A model generated the notes under the pieces. It had not been told where the DNA came from and made no database searches. It saw nothing but the letters and a program-made list of their open reading frames with translations. 64,000 bases of DNA, taken from Malacoraja senta. Taxonomy: Eukaryota. Below are positions 61,748-64,000 of the stretch, piece after piece. The position numbers and the translations under genes are program-made. Location of the stretch: the NCBI GenBank assembly GCA_038087875.1, contig CM075988.1:16308001-16372000 (forward strand). Reading direction: 5' to 3'. How positions within the stretch are numbered: the first letter of the stretch is position 1; every line of letters begins with the position of its first letter.

Positions 61748-64000
61748 GTTCTAATAACTTTGCCATAGAAGGCTGCGGAGGCCAAGTCAGTGGATATTTT
61801 TAAGGCAGAGATAGATAGATTCTCGATTAGTACAGGTGTCAGAAGTTATGGGGAGAAGGCAGGAGAATGGGGTTAGGAGGGAAAGATAGATCAGCCATGA
61901 TTGAATGGCGAAGTAGACTTGACAGGCCGAATGGCCTGATTCTACTCCTATTCCTTATGACCTTAAACTGGATCATTTTGTTGCATTCAAATAGCACAAG
62001 TAGCCCCTTTAATGCTTTCCCAGGGGTGAGCCAAGAGTCAGGTTCAGTGAAAGCTGACTAATCCAAGACTTTAAACTCCAGCTGTAGATCATTGTGCACC
62101 ATTGGGTGGCATTCTGTTTTGTACCCTAAGGCATCTGCCGTCTCCATGGAGATTTGAGTTGCAGTTTGCGGGTTTGCTGGAAGGGTCCAATGTGCAGAGC
62201 TTGCAGTTAGTATTGAGGGGACGGTAAGCCAGATCTTGTCAGTGCACCGGTCCAAATAATAATGTGCTTGTGATTATTATTCTCGCCCGACTGCATTTTT
62301 TCCTTTATTACCCACCAGTTTAATACCTACTGCTGCTATTTGCAGTCACAGATAATTCTTTGTTGAAATGCAGTACATCACGTTATTGGGATAGATTAGA
62401 TCGTGGGGCAGAGGTCAGATTTTGTGCATGTCCTCTGAAACCACCTGGCTTTCCTCCGGGTGTCATTGTGATCACAGCTCTCTCGGGTAGAGAATTCCAA
62501 AACCATTACAACCCATTGAGAGAAGAAATTCCTCTTCAGCTCCACCTGAAATGGGTGACACCCCCCCTTATTTTGAATTGGACTCATTACGTTTAGATAC
62601 TCTCACTATGGGAAATATCCTCTCAGCATTCACACTATCAATCCTCGTTAGAATCTTATGTTCCAGTACAATCTCCTAAGGTTCTTCCCAACTCCACTGA
62701 CTAGAAGGCCTCAACTACTCAACTTTCTTTAACTGTTATTTCTTTGTCACTTCCCCCCATGGATTGGCAGTGCAGTGATACATGAGGTAGTGATGCTGCC
62801 TTACAGCTCCAGAGACCCTCAAGCCTGCCTGTGTGGAGTTTGCATGTTCTCGCTACCACTGCATTGTTTCCTCCCCGGGTGTTCCGGTTTCTTCCTACAA
62901 CCCATAGACGGTGCGTAGGTGGGTTAATTGGCTCCTGTGCGTTTCCCCGAGTGTAGGCGGACAGGAGGAGAAACAGGATTGGCTGCATAGATGGACGGCA
63001 GAGATGGTGACAGCAAAAATAATGGGGGCGGGGGAAATTGGGGATTGCATGGGGAACTGGCATAAACTCGATGGACAGAACGGCCTGCTAGGTTTATGGG
63101 AAAATATGAAAAATAAAATAAAATCTAACTCCTTCAACCTAAGAATGAAGCTTTCACTGCTCAGCTCCAATCCAACTAGATTCTTCCTTATACACGGGGA
63201 CCAAGAGCCACACGCAGTAGAGCAGGTGTATTCCCAACACCGCCCCACAATATTGTGTCAGAAATATCCTCTTTTTAAACTCCACGCCCTTTGCAACAAA
63301 GGCCAACATTCCATCTGCCTCCCTAATTACTTGCTGCACCTGTATGCTAATAATTTGTTATATGTACTCGAATCCTGTAAATAGATTTCACTGCATAGAA
63401 CAGTATAGAGTACAGCACAGGAGCAGGCTCTTCAGCCCACATTGTTTGTGCTGAACATGATGATTATAGCTGATCTTATCTCATCTGCCTGTACGTGATC
63501 CGTATCCCTCTATTCCCCGCACATCCACGTGCCTGTCTAAAATCCTCTCAAATCCCATTATTGTATCAGCCTCCTCCATCACCCCCTGGTAATGCGTTCC
63601 AGGGACCCCGCCACTCTCTCTAAAAAAAAAACTTGCCCCACTCATCTCAATTAAACTTTCCCGGTCTCACCTTATAGCTACACTCTCTAGTGTTGGACAT
63701 TTCCACCCTGGGGAAAAAGGTGGAAAAGGACTCATGGATGTTTACCCTATCCATGCTTACTATCAAGTCTCCCCTCAACCTCTGACATTCCAGAGAAAAC
63801 AATCCAAGATAATCCAACCTCTCCCTGTAGCTGTAACCCTCCAATCCAGGCAACATTCAGGTAAACCTCCTCTCCAAAGCTTCCACATCTTTCCTGTAAT
63901 GGGGCAACCAGAACTCTACACAATACTCCAAATAACGCAATGCCCACAATACTCTGCTTAAATAATGTACCTTTTTCAAATAACCTTGCATATCCCCATC

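Overview
Vertebrate nuclear DNA, most likely from a cartilaginous fish such as a skate or ray (inferred from the HE1/V-SINE, CR1, Rex1/Babar and Penelope repeat set). It holds the last eight coding exons of HINFP (+, 301-9466; one intron has a GC donor) and the CpG-island promoter and first coding exon of C2CD2L/TMEM24 (+, 26170-26535). The remaining ~37 kb appears to be C2CD2L intron 1, since I could not find exon 2. There is one 200-N assembly gap. Much of the non-coding DNA is transposon debris. Three signals stand out. (1) A 139-bp insertion with a 14-bp target-site duplication (TSD) at 52562-52700 (-) whose first 54 nt fold as a complete minimal HDV/CPEB3-type ribozyme, with the insertion starting at the predicted cleavage site, followed by a 3' stem and a (GAA)n tail: apparently a ribozyme-headed SINE. 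(2) Many short Penelope-derived insertions carrying a minimal hammerhead motif, several with clean 12-15 bp TSDs, in ~90-bp single-copy and palindromic forms. (3) Several local inverted duplications, including a 415-bp pair at about 98% identity. Repeat boundaries are approximate unless a TSD or splice site fixes them, and all alignments were done by eye.
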